Source: Octopus sinensis
Lineage: Eukaryota
Reading direction: 5' to 3'
NCBI RefSeq assembly: GCF_006345805.1
Contig: NC_042997.1
Coordinates: forward strand, 136,958,001 to 137,022,000
Length of the DNA: 64,000 bases
The position numbers were made by a program, and so were the translations under genes. Shown one piece after another: positions 25,847 to 38,059 of the stretch (position 1 is the first letter of the stretch; the number at the start of each line of letters is the position of its first letter). The notes below the pieces were generated by a model. It worked only from the letters and a program-made list of their open reading frames with translations. It was not told where the DNA came from and made no database searches.

Positions 25847-26590
25847 TGTAATGGCAATTAGTTGTAACGACAAAGTCTTTGGTTCAAGTCGAGGGTCACC
25901 AATTGTAACGGTAGAAATTTATTAGCTAACAATATTATGATTTATCAGAGACAGCAGTTGTATGTTGTAGGATGGGAAAAATGAACAATGCATGATGTTT
26001 TAAGGAAATATTTATTTACCGTTATGTTACAACTACCTTGCCTCGACGGACAGGTTATGGTAAATCCAAAAGCATGCGAAGTAAAGTTTGTGCTTGTGTC
26101 CTCTTCATTGTTTAGTAGTAGTAATTACCGAGAGAGATAGAATGACATTGTAAGGGACAGAATTAGAGCTAGAGAGAATTGTGTAGTGTGGAATGTTGTC
26201 TCACAGTTGCTGGCAGTAAACTTCATTTCTCCCTCTGACCAATGTTCTAGCTGGTCAGCTAGACTTTGTTGTCACCGCAGTGACTAACTGATTTTTACTT
26301 GTGGTATGCTTGCTTATATAACTATCCAGAAAGATAGACATACCATTGAGAACAATAGATTTAGTTGGTGGTCTTGTTATCTCTATTCTAGCTTTTGGTG
26401 AAGTAGAAGAGGTTAGAAAGGGTCAAGTGGTGAAGACATTATTTCAGCCTAGCTAAAAGCATCTGGAAAATGTAAATACTGCTGTCAGGGAAAAACTATT
26501 GTTCCATCGTGGGAAAAGTTCTGTAGCAGCGTTAATTTAAATTTGGCTGTGGTGGATTGAATCCACTTCATGCATGCAAGATTCACTACA
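25847..26590 (-). mobile_element. Solo LTR with 4-bp TSD (CATA)
   Basis: TG...CA ends; CATA at 25843-25846 and 26591-26594; TATA and AATAAA on the - strand; homologous copy at 55425-56190. Confidence 0.85.
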
Positions 26591-26593
26591 CAT

Positions 26594-27904
26594 ATATAGA
26601 AGAAGATGCCTAAAAGTAACTGGAAATGCTCTCTGTGGGACACACTTGTTGTAGTTCAGGCTTCCACTGCTAGAAGTCACTTGATGTGACCCTCAGGCAT
26701 CAACCTGTCAGCCGGTGTTATCCACTGGAATCACATTGCCATGTGGTGTATCTTTGTTTTGCAGTGCTTCTCCCCTGTTCGTCGATTTTTGCAATGGCTG
26801 AAATGAAGGATCAGCATGCTTATGTGAAATTCTATTTTCTGCTGGGGAAAGCAGCAGCTGAAACAGTTGTCATGCCTCAAACAGTTTACAAGGATGCTAC
26901 CATGAGCAAAACACAAGTTTATGAGTGGTTTTTACGCTTTAGGAATGGTCACTTGTCACTTGAAGACCAACCTCATTCAGGGCCACCATCAACCTCCTGA
27001 AGAAATTAAAATATCATGAAAATTCATGAACTGATCTTGGAAAACTGTTGTTGAACAATTAACGAAATTGTTTATATGACTGGTGTGTCCTGAGTGAGGA
27101 ATTGCAAATGAAAAGAGGTGCAGCAAAATTTGTGCCTTGCTTACTCAAAGAAGATCAAAAGCAGTCATGACTGAATGAATGTCATGAACTGAAAGAACAG
27201 TTGAAAGTTGATCCAGACCTCTTTTCAAAGGTCATTACTGGTGACGAAAGTTGCTGCTACAGCTATGACCTGGAAACAAAGCAGCAATCAAGTCAATGGA
27301 CCCATTTGATGTCACCACAAGCCAAAAAAGTGCATCAGGTGAAGTCCAATGTCAAGGTGAAGCTGATTTGTTTCATCAATGCAAAAGGAATTGTCCTCAC
27401 AGAATTCATTCCTCCTGGTCAAACTGTTAACCAGACATTTAACTTAGCAGTTTTGAAGCATTTTCAAGATGCAGCGAGACACTGAGACAAAAACGCCTCA
27501 ACCTGTGGCAAGTTGAGAGTGGTGGTTTCATCACAATGTGCCTGTGCACACTGCTTTGAGTGTGAGACAGTTTTTAAACAAAAATGGCATGACTCCGCTT
27601 ACCCATCTTCCCTATTCCCCTGATCTTGCCCCCTGCAACTTTTTTTTTCATTCCTCTGAATGAAAAATATCTTTAAAGGAAAATGTTTTGCAGATGTAGA
27701 AAAGGTGAAGAAAAAAACGACAGAGATGTTAACAAACATCACTTTGCAAGAGTTCCTGAACTGCTTTGAACAGTGGAAAATGCATTTGGACTGAGGCATT
27801 GCTTCAAATGGAGAATATTTTGAAGGCAGTAAAAGTGTAAACATATAAAACTTGGTGAATAAAATAATATTGCAAAAGCCTGGTTTCTTTTGGTCCCCCC
27901 TTGT
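26594..27904 (+). mobile_element. Full-length (~1.3 kb) decayed mariner (irritans-like)
   Basis: SKTQVYEWFLRFRNG, KFVPCLL, ITGDESCCYSYDLETKQQSSQW, PYSPDLAP; degenerate TIRs at both ends. Confidence 0.9.
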
Positions 27905-28335
27905 CATCATCATCATTTAGCGTCCGCTTTCCATGCTAGCATGGGTTGGACGGTTCAACTGGGGTCTGTGAAGCCAGAAGGCTGCATCAGGCCCAGTCTG
28001 ATCTGGCAGTGTTTCTACGGCTGGATGCCCTTCCTAACGCCAACCACTCCGTGAGTTGTAGTGGGTGCTTTTTACGTGCCACCCGCACAGGTGCAAACGG
28101 CCACGAACGGATGGTGCTTTTACGTGCCACCGGCACGGGGGCCAGGCGAGGCTGGCAACGGACACGAACGGATGGTGCTTTTTATGTGCCACCGGCACGA
28201 GGCCAGTTGGGGCGGCGCTGGCAACGGTCACGAACAGATGGTTCTCTTACGTGCCACTGGCACTGGTAACTCAGCTGCAATTTCCATTGATCGATTTCGA
28301 TTCTGATCCTTACTTGCCTCAACAGGTCTTCACAT
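27905..28335 (-). mobile_element. RTE 3' UTR/tail element with internal minisatellite
   Basis: catcatcatttagcgtccgctttccatgctagcatgggttgg...; 3-4 repeat units atggtgcttttacgtgccaccggcacg. Confidence 0.85.
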
Positions 28336-28339
28336 TGTA

Positions 28340-29162
28340 TATATATATAGTTAAAACTTACTTGGAAAAGTATGCGTGGTGTTCAATCATATAATAATAT
28401 AAATATTACATAAATATATGCATATATACACACATATATGTACATACCTACATATATATGTATATATACATGCATATATGGATACAGGACATCAAAAAAT
28501 CGTTGAACACAATGAGAAAAGAAAACAAAAACAAAAACATAGAAACGAACATTTTTTCGAACAATGAAAAGAAAACAAATAGAGAAGTGAGACATACAAC
28601 ATTAAAAATATTCCCCTTCTTCAGTTGTCCCTGTTTCAACTACTCCGTGTTTCGAAGGTAAGGACAAAACGCGACTCTGTTGAAACAGTCCTTCCCGCAA
28701 AGCAAATTAAATGAAATTTGGGATTTTTTGTGGAGGGTAAAAGTGGTAACAAGAACAGGATAGTGAGAACAAAACAGTGAAAACAATAAAAAAGTAAAAA
28801 CAGTAAAAATAGAACAATGAGAACAAAACAGTAAAAACAAACGGTGAGGGCTGTTAAGCCAAGACGATAGAAAAATAATTATGAATGCTTAGGAAGACGG
28901 GCTTATAAAGGAGACAGTGTAAGCGCGTTTTGTCTTTACAAAGGTTGTGGGTAGAAAGGTAGATTCTCTTTTGTCACGTGTCAGCAACAAGAGAGTCGAG
29001 GAAGAGGAGGAGTGAGAGAGAGGAAACGGTGAAGAGGAGAGGAGAATAGGGAAGGGTGGAGGAGAAAACCAGAAAGGATGAAGAACAAGAGAGGGAGAGA
29101 GATAGTCGCGCCTTGTCCTTACCTTTGAAACGCAGAGTAGTTGAAACAGGGACAACTGAAGG
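28340..29162 (-). mobile_element. Non-autonomous PLE-like element with inverted terminal duplication
   Basis: About 58-bp inverted repeat at 28616-28675 and 29103-29162 carrying GAAAC...GTA...CTGAAGA motifs; low-complexity interior; no ORF. Confidence 0.6.
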
Positions 29163-29785
29163 TGTGCAAGCGAGATGTGCTGGTATGGTCATGTGATGTG
29201 TATGGACGAGGACAGCTGTGTAAAGAAGTGCCAATTTCTAACTGTGGAGGGAACTTGTGGTAGAGGTGGACCCAGGAAGATATGAGGCGAAGTAGTGAAG
29301 CATGATCTTCGAACTTTCAGCCTCACAGAGGCGATGACTAGTGACCAAGACCTTTGGCAATATGCTGCGCTTGAGAAGACCCATCAAGCCAAGTGAAATC
29401 ATAGTCATGGCCAATGCTGGTATCATGTAACTGGCACATAAAGAGCACCTTTTGAGTGTTGGGCCTCATGGAGGCAAAGTGGCTGAGTTCCTTTCAAGTC
29501 TTGGGCTTCACGAAGACAATGACCGAGACCTTTGGTATTATGTCATGCTTGAGAAGAAGACCCATCAAGCTGAGCAAAATCACGGTCATGGCAAATACTG
29601 GTGTAACACAAATGATACTGGTGCCAGTGGCATGTAAAAGCACCCATTACACTCTCAGAGTGGTTGGCATTAGAAAGGGCATCCAGTTGTAAAAAACCCT
29701 GCCAAATCAGACTGGAGTCTGGTGCAGCCTTCCAGCTTACCTGTCCCAGTCAAACTGTCCAACCCATGGACAACAGACATTAAAT
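29162..29785 (+). mobile_element. RTE 3' coding end and tail
   Basis: RCAGMVM/WYGHV region, GRGGPRKI*GEVVKHDL, then the conserved tail. Confidence 0.8.
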
Positions 29786-29799
29786 TCAATAGAAAAATA

Positions 29800-30256
29800 A
29801 AATTTGAACATTGGTTCCTTATTTCTGCTAAATTTTGAACTCACAGAAAATAAATCTGTCCCCACTGACTTTTACAGAAAAGCAGCATGCAGGGTGCCTG
29901 TTTGTGCATTATAATTCATCCCTGTCAATTAGAGCTAAAATGGCCTGCATTAGAAATGAGATTCATAGGATTTGCAGTAAATGCAGCAAGACAAGAAACA
30001 AAAAGACCAACACCATACAATTCCAAAAGTCCTGATGGAGAATGGCTATCCATTCTCTTTCACTAATGACAGAATATCACCAGACTATCAAAATTTATAC
30101 ACCCAAGGATAAAGTGTGTTCTGAAACTGTTACATGTTAACACAAAAACAATTGCTGCAAACCATGTGATCTGGAGGAAGGGATTGAATGTTTAACTGAG
30201 ACACCCTGAACCTTCTCAGAGGTGGTTCCTAACAAAAACAAGCCACGACAAAACAT
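29800..30256 (+). mobile_element. Penelope-like RT C-terminus/linker fragment
   Basis: FTEKQHAGCLFVHYNSSLSIRAKMACIRNEIHRICS (cf. PLE YRKPTHT.RYLHF.S.HP); 30035-30256 matches the reverse complement of 21190-21407. Confidence 0.75.
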
Positions 30257-30504
30257 TAATATTTATGCGTATATGCGGATGTGCATGTGAGTGTGTGTGT
30301 TAGTGTTAGACACTGCTGCCTGTACTGATTTGTCTATAAGCCATGCGATGACAGACATGCACTCTGAAATTTATTGAATGTGTAGAGATGTGTCGTGGTG
30401 TATTCATGTGTATGTGCATGTGTGTGTGAGTTTCTGTGTGGATGTGTGGATTTAGGGTTAGATGTGGATGTGTATGTTTTGCTTGTGCGGTGTGGTGGAG
30501 GTCG

Positions 30505-31388
30505 GGCGGCTCTCAATTGACCAACCGTGAGGAAGATAATGATAATTTTAAATTCAAATCCAATAGTGTATTTATGTCATAAGGAAAATTACTAACTGGA
30601 ACCCGGACATACATATATACCGCTCTGGATCCTAATGTAAGCGTTATTAATAATATTATGAATGATAATAATGGTAACATTAATGGTATTGACAACGATA
30701 ACGATTGCTAACTTTAATAACACTTTAGAAATTATTATGAAGTAATATAATGTACTATTGACTATGTATATTTGCATCTAGGTACTAACTTGTGTATGTT
30801 TATTATCACAATATTAAGTCGAAAAACTGGGACATTGAATGTGGAACACATATATATGTTTACTAATTTATATTATTTATTTATATCATTATGTATATGT
30901 ATATTTTTATATGTATAAGAGTGTGAGTATATGCACTCATATGTATATGTATATGTTGTATTATGGGTATGCACCCACACCCATGTGGGTATATATGTAG
31001 ACTGATTTATATTACATAATCTCCGAAGAGGCCTTATGATATTTTTGTAAATGTCTCATTTATATCTATATATTGACCAACCATAAAGGGCTAATATTGA
31101 TAAAATGAGACATACTTATCTACTTGGCCGAAACAGCTGTAAGATGTAATCTATACTTATATTTATATTTACTTATATTTATATTCTCTTTTATATATAT
31201 TCTACTTATTATACAACATTACTCTTTTATGTACACTTTTTTATGTACATTCCTTTATGTACACTGATTTGTTCTGCTTTTTATATTTAACCCTACAGTC
31301 TCTTATGTGGTGGTTTAATAAAGTATGTGATTGAGTATCATCTGGTAATTGATATTTGATTTAGATGTATTTCTCCATTTTCTTATCT

Positions 31389-31390
<2 letters not shown>
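30505..31390 (+). mobile_element. Non-autonomous PLE/retrozyme-like element
   Basis: N-rich low-complexity stretch, a hammerhead, a T-rich tail, then (TA)n. Confidence 0.5.
31012..31149 (+). ncRNA. Type I hammerhead-like ribozyme with a large stem II insertion (U4C variant)
   Basis: Stem I ttac..atct/agatgtaa; core CCGAAGA 31023-31029; stem II GGCC/GGCC; GAAA 31130-31133; stem III C-AGCT-G; GTA cleavage triplet 31139-31141. Confidence 0.7.
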
Positions 31391-31429
<39 letters not shown>

Positions 31430-31639
31430 CGAATCCAGAAAAATAAAAATATTTATGTTGTTGAAGATATTCGAAGTCTTGGCTTTTCCTTCGACAAATA
31501 ATTTAATGTAAGGGATGAGACCTACACCCCTCAAGTGTTACAGACCTTTCATCCTTTGTTACACCACTTTATTTATTAGCTTGCATATAATCTCACTATA
31601 TTTCTTATGTATCTGTTATTTACCCTGGACACACTGTAT

Positions 31640-32385
31640 GGAATTTCTCTTGCCTACTATAAAGGTTCTGATTTTCTAATTACTTACTAAATCTTTTGTC
31701 TCTGTAAAGTTTACTTTAAAGCCCTTCAGTTCCAGGTTTTGCTTCTAAATCTGGAATTTTTGCTTCAATTCCTCGATAGCTTTTGCAATGAAGGCTGTCA
31801 ATATATAGGAGATCCCAAGAGCAGCCAGTCTTAAATTCCTCTATTATAGCTTTGAGGATTCTAATGAACAGGAGAGGACTGAGCCATGATGAAGCCCTAC
31901 TTGTACACTGAATTCATCACAGAGTTTATTGTTGACTGAACCTCTATACATGGATTGCACTGCTCTCACAAAGCTTTCGATTTACTCTTAGTTTCCTTAA
32001 CAATCACCAGATCTCAGAGTGTGATACTCTGTCAAAAATCTTCTCTTGATCAAGTATTACTCCTAGCTATGTTTTTCTTCTGAAATACTTTCACTCAGAA
32101 TATAACATCAGAAGTACCTCTTCCTAGGCTGAAGCTGAACAGCATCTCACCCAGATTAAACCTGTTACAAATCAGCTTTGAAATAACACGTTCTGTAACT
32201 TTCATAACCTGTTCTAACAGTTCTTTTCCTCTGTAGTTTCCTCTCACACTTATACATATAAATTGTTAAAAAATTTTGGTTTCTTCACCACCATTGAAAC
32301 ACATCTTGAAACAGTCAATTTTTTTCACGTAACCTTGAACCTATAATACTCCACACACAAATCATTTATGAAACCCACTGAATGA
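31640..32385 (-). mobile_element. Highly decayed RTE RT fragment
   Basis: Reverse translation gives IEELKQKFQI*KQNLELKGFKVN...TK, the same family as 10066-12180. Confidence 0.7.
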
Positions 32386-32957
32386 CTATAATATATAACT
32401 AGTTCCTCAAGCCACTAAATTAGTAATTTAGAGAACAATGTTTCACTGGGACTATCAGTTCTTTCTTCTAATGAGTGTATTCAATGATATTTCTAGCACG
32501 ATACTTGTGCTACTGGTGGATGCTGCAAAAAAGTCAAATCCATCTGGAAGACAATGACAAACCCCACTGGAAAAGAGAAAAAAAAAAGGAACTGAAACAG
32601 TAACAAAGTCTGCTTGAGTCTACCGTTCCAAATATTTCTTTAAACAATAAAATACACACTTCCTAACAACAAGCAAATATCGCATTCTGGTAAATCATAA
32701 AAGTCACACCATCATCAATGCACATATATAAATGTGCTTATGTAAGTATAAGATTACTGGTGATATGTGTGTGTATGTGAGTCAATGCAAGTATTTAATG
32801 TGTGTGTATATTTGAGTGTACATGTATGTATGTCATTATTCAGTTTATTTAAAGATTTCTTGCCAATAGAGAAAGGATCAGTTTTTAACCTAGATCCAAG
32901 GCTCCTTCATTGGAATTTCAACAAAAACAACAGGGTATTTTTGTTTGTATGTATATA

Positions 32958-33495
32958 TGTCAGGTCACTTTCGAGTGCTACTGGTAACATGTAACCCAGT
33001 ACAACCTGTTGTATGGTCGGGTCGTCGGCGACTAAACTGGCAACCCCACCAAGCTTGCTTGGTGAGGAGGGTGTTTATTGGACACCCTGCGGGATGAAAA
33101 ACAAAACCCGTCAAAGGGCGGAGGACCTCTTGAGAGTCAATGGCCATCCAATAAATGTTAGCACGGGTACACAGAAATTCCAGGATGGTGCCCGGCGTGC
33201 TGAAAGACCACTGGGAGTGAGGTGCCCCTCAGCTTTTGTTAAAGCATGTCTCTAGGAGAAGGTCACTCTGATATAAAACCAGATATGCAGGGAATGGCAT
33301 TGGACATTTTGGGGATCTTTTGTTTGTGCTAGAGATCACGGCGCTCCCACATCCCTGAGCCTGTGACTCATATTGGCACCAGACATCTTGCTCTGGCTTG
33401 TCTCTGGATAATGTCAATAAAGTGGAGAGGGTCTGTGAGGTGTTGTGCAAGCCTTATTGAACCTAAAATTCTGCACAGGCATTGCCGACCTCTGC
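32958..33495 (+). mobile_element. Structured LINE 5'-UTR-like segment (probably RTE)
   Basis: GC-richer, hairpin-rich stretch after (TA/TG)n, directly upstream of the RTE at 33610; contains tggcaaccccac. Confidence 0.4.
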
Positions 33496-33514
33496 TTGAT
33501 ATGTGCATTTTTTT

Positions 33515-33605
33515 TTTCTATATATATTTATCTTATTTTTAGTATATATTTATCTTATTTTTAGTATATATTTTCTTCATTTTTAGTATATATTTTAATT
33601 TTTTT
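33515..33605. repeat. About 24-bp AT-rich minisatellite, 3-4 copies
   Basis: tatatttatcttatttttagta repeated. Confidence 0.75.
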
Positions 33606-33609
33606 TATT

Positions 33610-36600
33610 TGGAAGTCCTGCAGTGATGGGAAGGTGATGAAGCATGCAGACCTGATGGGTTGGAAGCATGTAGTCAGCGACCGGCACGTAGGCAGCCCAT
33701 GCTAGATATAAAGTCGTCTCCTTGTTGCCCAAGACAGCAGTAGGATTCGGTTGCTGCATGGGTGTCTGAGCAGCTCCATTTGGGGAGGGCACTGCTCACC
33801 CGGAGACCGGGGAGGTTCTAGAAAAGGTGAACCAAAAATTGCCTGTCTTTCCATATCTGATCAGTTTAGCGCGACTGATGGATGTCCACCCTGCGCTCGA
33901 AAAACAAAGAGTCTTTTATCTATAAAATCTGGACGGAACTTAAACATTTCATGTTGGAATGTGCGCACTCTGTTGGACAACAAGAGTGATTGCAGGCCTG
34001 AAAGATGCACCACACTTGTTGCTCGTGAGCTGAACCGTTATAAAATTGATATAGCTGCACTCTCAGAGACTCGTATAGAAGGTGATGGTCAGCTTGATGA
34101 AGTAGGAGGTGGATACACCTTTTTTTGGAAAGGAAGGCAGAAGGAGGAGCGCAGAGAGGCTGGTGTTGGTTTTGCAGTCTGATCTGATATCCTTAAGAAG
34201 TTGGAAGAGCTCCCTGTTCCTATAAATGAATGTATAATGATGCTATGGTTGCACTTGAAAGGTAAGCGGTTTGCTACTCTAATAAGTGCCTATGCACCTA
34301 CTTTGACTAGCTGTGATGAAGATAAAACAATCTTTTATACCCAGCTGAGAGCCATACTTAGAAAAATCCCCAATTCTGATAAAGTCATTCTACTGGGGGA
34401 TTTTAATGCCAGGGTTGGAACAGACTGGCAAACATGGAACTCTCTAGGACGTTTTGGAGTAGGGAAAATGAATAGCAATGGTCTCATGCTACTGGAGCTT
34501 TGCGAAGAACATGGACTTTACATTGCAAGCACTCATTTTGTGCACAAAGGTGATCACACAACAACATGGATGCATCCAAGGTCCAAAGTTTGGCACTTGC
34601 TGGATTATGTCATCATCCGCAAGCGCGACATTTATGACATCTAAGCCTTTCATCCTCTCGGGGTCGATAAATTAAGTACCAGTTGCGCATTGGGGTCGAT
34701 ATAATCGACTTAATCCGTTTGTCTGTCCTTGTTTGTCCCCTCTGTGTGTCGCCCCTTGTGGGTAGTAAAGAAATATATATATTATGTCAAGTAATGTCAA
34801 GTCCTTGCATGGATCAGAATGCTGGACAGACCACAATCTGGTGCGAGCAAAGTTCCGAATGGTGATTAGGGCGAAAGAGAGAAGAGGACTAGTCAGCATT
34901 CCTCGCCGTCTAAATGTCCACAAAGTAAATGATGTTGTGGTTAGGAAAGAGCTTCAGACTCGCTTGTCCAGCATTGAAACTGCTGCAGCATGGGAAGATT
35001 TTCGAGACCAGGTTGTTCAATGTGCAGCCGAAACACTGGGATATGTTACTGCCAGACACAGAGACTAGTTTGATGAGAATGATGCTGAAATTCAGCAACT
35101 ATTAGTGGTAAAGTGCCATGCCCACAGTGTGTTGCTGCACAGAGAACTGTCTACCGTGCAGTGAAGTCTAGCACTTGCCCACTATAACAGTCTAAAATCA
35201 CTACTGCACCGATCTCTCAGGAAGATGCAGAACACTTGGTGGGAGGATCTTGCTTGTGATGTCCAGGCTGCTGCTGATGCAAATGACAGCAAGAAGCTTT
35301 ACCATCTTATGAAGTGAGCTTATGGACTTAAGAGCACCACATCAGCTCCTTTGCTTTCCAAGGAGTCTTCCACTCTGTTTACTAAATCAACAGAAATCAC
35401 AGGTTGCTGGATCGAACACTTCTCTGAACTCCTAAACCATGAGTCAGTTGTGGATAAATCAGTGATTGATACTATGCAACAAAGACCTATCATTGGCTCC
35501 TTAGACTCCTTGCCCTCAATAGAAGAAGTAATGACATCAATAAGTAAATTGAATCTTGGTAGGGCACCTGGAAAGGATGGAATTTGTGCTGAGGTCTTGC
35601 GATTTGGTGGTAATTACATCACACAGTCCCTTCATGAACTTATTAGTGCAGTCTGGAGGGATGGTGCAATCCCTAAAGACTGGAAGGATGCAATTCTTCT
35701 TCCTCTATATAAAGGAAAAGGAGCCAGAACAATGTGTGGTAACTACAGAGGTATTGCTCTACTATCAGCTGCTGGCAAATATTCTTCTTACCTGTCTGAA
35801 TGGGTGTCTCGTAAATGATGTCCTATCTGAATCTCAATGTGGCTTCCGATCTGGTAGAGGGACAATGGTTATGATTTTCACAGCAAGACAGATGCAGAAG
35901 TGCTATGAGCAGAATATGGATCTTGTCCAGGTATTCATTAATTTAACAAAGGCCTTTGATACTGTAAATAGGGCCTTTCTATGGAAAATACTTGGCAAAC
36001 TTGGATGTCCGGATCACTTTGTATCTATAATTAAATCATTTCATGATGGGATGGAGGCTTGGGTCAATGCTGGTGGTGCCATGGCGGGACTCATTCCTGT
36101 AGAGAATTGTTTCAAGCAGGGTGACATCCTTGCTCCAACTCTCTTTTCTTTGTACTTTGCTGCTGCTTTTACTCATGCTTTTGCTAAGGTTAGCTCTCTG
36201 GGAATATATGTCAGATATCGATCTTCTGGCTGCCTCTTTAATCTTCGCTGATTTGCTGCCATTTCAAAGGTTTCCCAGTCTATTATTCGTGACCTCCTTT
36301 ATGCAGATGACTGTGACTTACTCACTCATACAGTGGATGACATGCAAATACTCATGAATTGCATTTCTGCTTCTTGCAGGGCATTTGGACTCAGCATTAG
36401 CCTGGACAAGACTGTTGTAATGTTCCAGCCTGGACAAGACTGTTGTAATATTCCAGCCTGCACCAGGAAATCCATATATGGAACCAGCTATCTTGGTTGA
36501 AGGAACAATTCTGAAGGTAGTAGACAAGTTTGTCTACCTGGGCAGCACACTCAGCCGTTCTTGCTCCCTGGATGAGGAAATATCTTTCAGGTTGCAGAGA

Positions 36601-37337
36601 GCAACTAATTCCTTCTAGTCTCTTCAGTCTTGTGTCTGGTCTCAACATGGCAACGCAAGGCGAACAAAAGTTGCTGTGTACCGTGCATGTGTACTGATAT
36701 CGCTCCTCTACTCATGTGAGACATGGACTCTGTACAAACGTCAGGTAAGGGTCCTTGAACGTTTTCATCAGAGATGTCTCAGACACATTCTCAAAAATTC
36801 CAGACACACAGGTCCTGAGGACAGCTGATATCTTGAGTATTGAGGTGATGGTGCACAAGCACCGGTTATGTTGGACTGGACACCTTATTAGAATGAAGGA
36901 TAGCAGGATTCCTAAGCAGATGCTCTATGGAGAACTTGTGAATGGAAGGAGACTTTGGCAGAAACCAAGGCTGCGATTTAAGGACTGTGTCAAGTCCTCA
37001 TTAAAGACCTGTGATATGCAGGACACTGACTGGGAGAACAATGCCTGTCATCGCCACAGATGGAGGAAGCAGGTTAAGGAGGGGTTCAACACTTTTGAGA
37101 GAGCACATATCCAGCATGAAGAACTTAAGCAAGCTGCACAAAAGTGCACGGCTCGTATAATGAATGGGGAAAGCTTGGTCGGCAATGTTTGCAGTCGTGT
37201 ATGCTTGTCAAGAGCAGGGCTCATTAGCCACCAATGGAGCCACAAATGCAAAATATAAGTTAGTCCTAGAGCGCACAATGTTCCTGAAGGTCGGCAATGG
37301 TCTTCCTCGGTCACAAGTGGACGGCCATCATCATCAT
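33610..37337 (+). mobile_element. Near full-length decayed RTE (BovB-like) LINE
   Basis: ISCWNVRTL, AALSETR, SAYAPT, LGDFNARVG, CWTDH, GRAPGKDGI, SQCGFRSGRGT, KQGDILAPTLF, YADD, TWTLY, WTGHLIRM, C-terminal C2H2 CSRVCLSRAGLISHQWSH; (CAT)n tail. Confidence 0.92.
34645..34775 (+). mobile_element. Headless SINE family B inserted in the RTE endonuclease
   Basis: gcctttcatcctctcggggtcgataaattaagtaccag...; interrupts the ORF between KRDIYDI and ...GSECWTDH. Confidence 0.8.
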
Positions 37338-37650
37338 GTATGTATGTATGTATATATGTATATATATATGTATATATGTATGTGCAGATTTGTATGTTTT
37401 ATGTAAGTATTCTCATGCATATAGTTGCATATCTAAATGTGTTCATATATATTTAAATGATAAACTTCTGGAAGGTTTTACAGATTTTTACAGTTCCAGT
37501 GATGGATTAGATCTGTAGACTTTGAATTAGCTTTCTCCTTTCTGGTTTTGAGAAGCTTAATTTCTCAAGATTGGTATTTAGGTAGTGTATTTATGTCTCT
37601 ATAAATGCTGTGTATGGTGTATGTGTGTGTGTGTGTATATATATATGTGT

Positions 37651-37980
37651 GTAGGCACATGGCTCACTGGTTAGATCATTGGGCTTACAATCATGAGGTA
37701 GTGAGTTTGATTCTTGGACCAGGTTGTGTGTTATGTTCTTGAGCAAGACACTTCACATTGCTCCAATTCAATCAGCTGTAGAAATGAGTTGCAACATCAC
37801 TGGTGCCAAGTTGTATCAGCCTTTGCTTTTCCTCTAGCTAATATCAGTGGCATGGAAAGGGGAGGCTGGTATGTATGGATGACTGCTGGTCTTCCATAAA
37901 CAAATTTTGCTAGACTTATGCCTCGAATGGTAACTTTCTAAGTGCAACCTCATAATCATTCATAACTGAAAGGGGTCTTT
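37651..37980 (+). mobile_element. tRNA-derived SINE, family C (Meta-SINE-like)
   Basis: ggcacatggctcactggttag...gttcttgagcaagacacttc...gactgctggtcttccataaac; homologous to 44700-45050. Confidence 0.8.
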
Positions 37981-38059
37981 ACTCTTATTATATATATACT
38001 AGAGGCAACTCTAGTTCATCAATGATATACTTAGCACAAACTTTGAACAAAATCAAAAT

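Noticed and set aside
32440-32572. Strong - strand acceptor with GVCHCLPDGFDF peptide (similar case at ~40440-40605)
   Set aside because: Isolated, without a clear donor, and overlapping an equally plausible + strand frame; not enough for a second gene.
36398-36460. 28-bp tandem duplication cagcctggacaagactgttgtaat(g/a)ttc
   Set aside because: A post-insertion slippage within a dead RTE with no functional implication.
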